A DNA stretch of 46,187 nt from an uncultured Pseudomonadales bacterium (lineage in GTDB: Bacteria > Patescibacteriota > Microgenomatia > UBA1400 > PJMF01), in NCBI GenBank assembly GCA_964586055.1, contig CAZPFX010000005.1, positions 2,946 to 49,132 of the forward strand, in the 5' to 3' direction. Shown piece after piece: positions 45,496 through 46,187 of the stretch. Below the pieces are notes generated by a model. The model was not told where the DNA came from and made no database searches. It worked only from the letters and a program-made list of their open reading frames with translations. Numbering within the stretch: the stretch's first letter is position 1; each line of letters begins with the position of its first letter. Both the position numbers and the translations under genes were made by a program.

Positions 45496-46131
45496 ATGAT
45501 CCACCAAAATACTTTACCAAAGAACACAGCAAAAATTGTTGAAGATTTGCAGTCAAACACTAAAAACTTTGATTTTTTAGATAGTTTTTATTTGTCTGGT
45601 GGAACTGCTCTGTCATTGCAGATTGGACATCGAGAGTCTGAAGACCTAGATTTTTTTAGCACAACTTCATTTGATCCTAATTTGCTTCAGAACAAGGTGT
45701 CTTTACTAGGAAAACTTTCTGAAACCGAATTATCAGCAGGCACTCTAAATACCTTTGTTGATAATGTTAAATTACAGTTTCTAGAATACCCATATACATT
45801 AATCAAGCCAACTATCAGATGGAATAATATTACTCTAAGCTCTATTGAAGATATCGCATGTACGAAATTGCAAACTATTGGAATGAGAGGAAGTAAAAAA
45901 GATTTTCTTGATCTGTATTTTTTACTTGAAAAATTTTCGTTATCAGAGCTATTTATTCTGCTAGAGCAAAAGTACGAAAATATAAATTACAGTAAAACCC
46001 ATATTCTTAAATCACTTGTGTATTTTGAGGATGCTGAATTTCAACCAATGCCAAGAATGCACGCAGATGTCTCATGGCCTCAGGTAAAAGATAGGCTAGT
46101 GAAATTAAGCAAACAATTTTCTTTTAATTAA
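45496..46131 (+). CDS. AbiEii/AbiGii-family nucleotidyltransferase
   Basis: FYLSGGTALSLQIGHRESEDLDFF, KL.TI..RG.KKDFLDLY, SLVYFEDAE; ATG 45496. Confidence 0.92.
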   Translation: MIHQNTLPKNTAKIVEDLQSNTKNFDFLDSFYLSGGTALSLQIGHRESEDLDFFSTTSFDPNLLQNKVSLLGKLSETELSAGTLNTFVDNVKLQFLEYPYTLIKPTIRWNNITLSSIEDIACTKLQTIGMRGSKKDFLDLYFLLEKFSLSELFILLEQKYENINYSKTHILKSLVYFEDAEFQPMPRMHADVSWPQVKDRLVKLSKQFSFN

Positions 46132-46133
46132 CG

Positions 46134-46171
46134 CTCCTCGGGTAGGACTCGAACCTACAACCCTCCGGTTA
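46134..46171 (-). tRNA. 3' half (positions 36-73) of a tRNA, most likely tRNA-Asn(GTT); 5' half not contiguous
   Basis: Minus strand TAA-CCGGA-GGGTT-GTAGG-TTCGAGT-CCTAC-CCGAGGA-G: perfect T-arm, acceptor 3' strand, G73 discriminator, no encoded CCA. Confidence 0.85.
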
Positions 46172-46187
46172 CATGAAATCCATATAT

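Noticed and set aside
46134-46187. Reading a contiguous tRNA with anticodon TGT (Thr) from CATGTAA
   Set aside because: The preceding GATTT cannot pair with CCGGA, position 33 would not be U, and the acceptor and G73 pattern fit Asn.

Overview
A gene-dense, AT-rich bacterial chromosome segment in the standard genetic code. It is most likely from a Patescibacteria/CPR (Microgenomates-like) genome; this is inferred from the gene families, the near-leaderless promoters and the VLG-type surface protein. From left to right it carries a copper cluster (ArsR-YHS regulator, CopA, TauE/DsbD-cupredoxin), typA, small redox and peptidase genes, and an orphan 629-aa protein. Then come a surface-glycosylation cluster, a MacAB-like exporter, uppP, a CcdA-like protein, a ~1540-aa surface protein with an internal duplication, uraA-upp, an APH(6)-like kinase and FetAB. 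A terminal accessory region has two different AbiEii-type nucleotidyltransferase modules and a 34-bp intergenic repeat. The best non-coding leads are: a tRNA-Asn-like 3' half interrupted inside the anticodon at the window edge (probable group I intron), a perfect 16-6-16 dif-like palindrome at 8236-8273, and a short terminator-containing leader in front of uraA-upp. The best coding leads are the ArsR-YHS fusion with its operator, and a DegT-family enzyme with His in place of the catalytic Lys.
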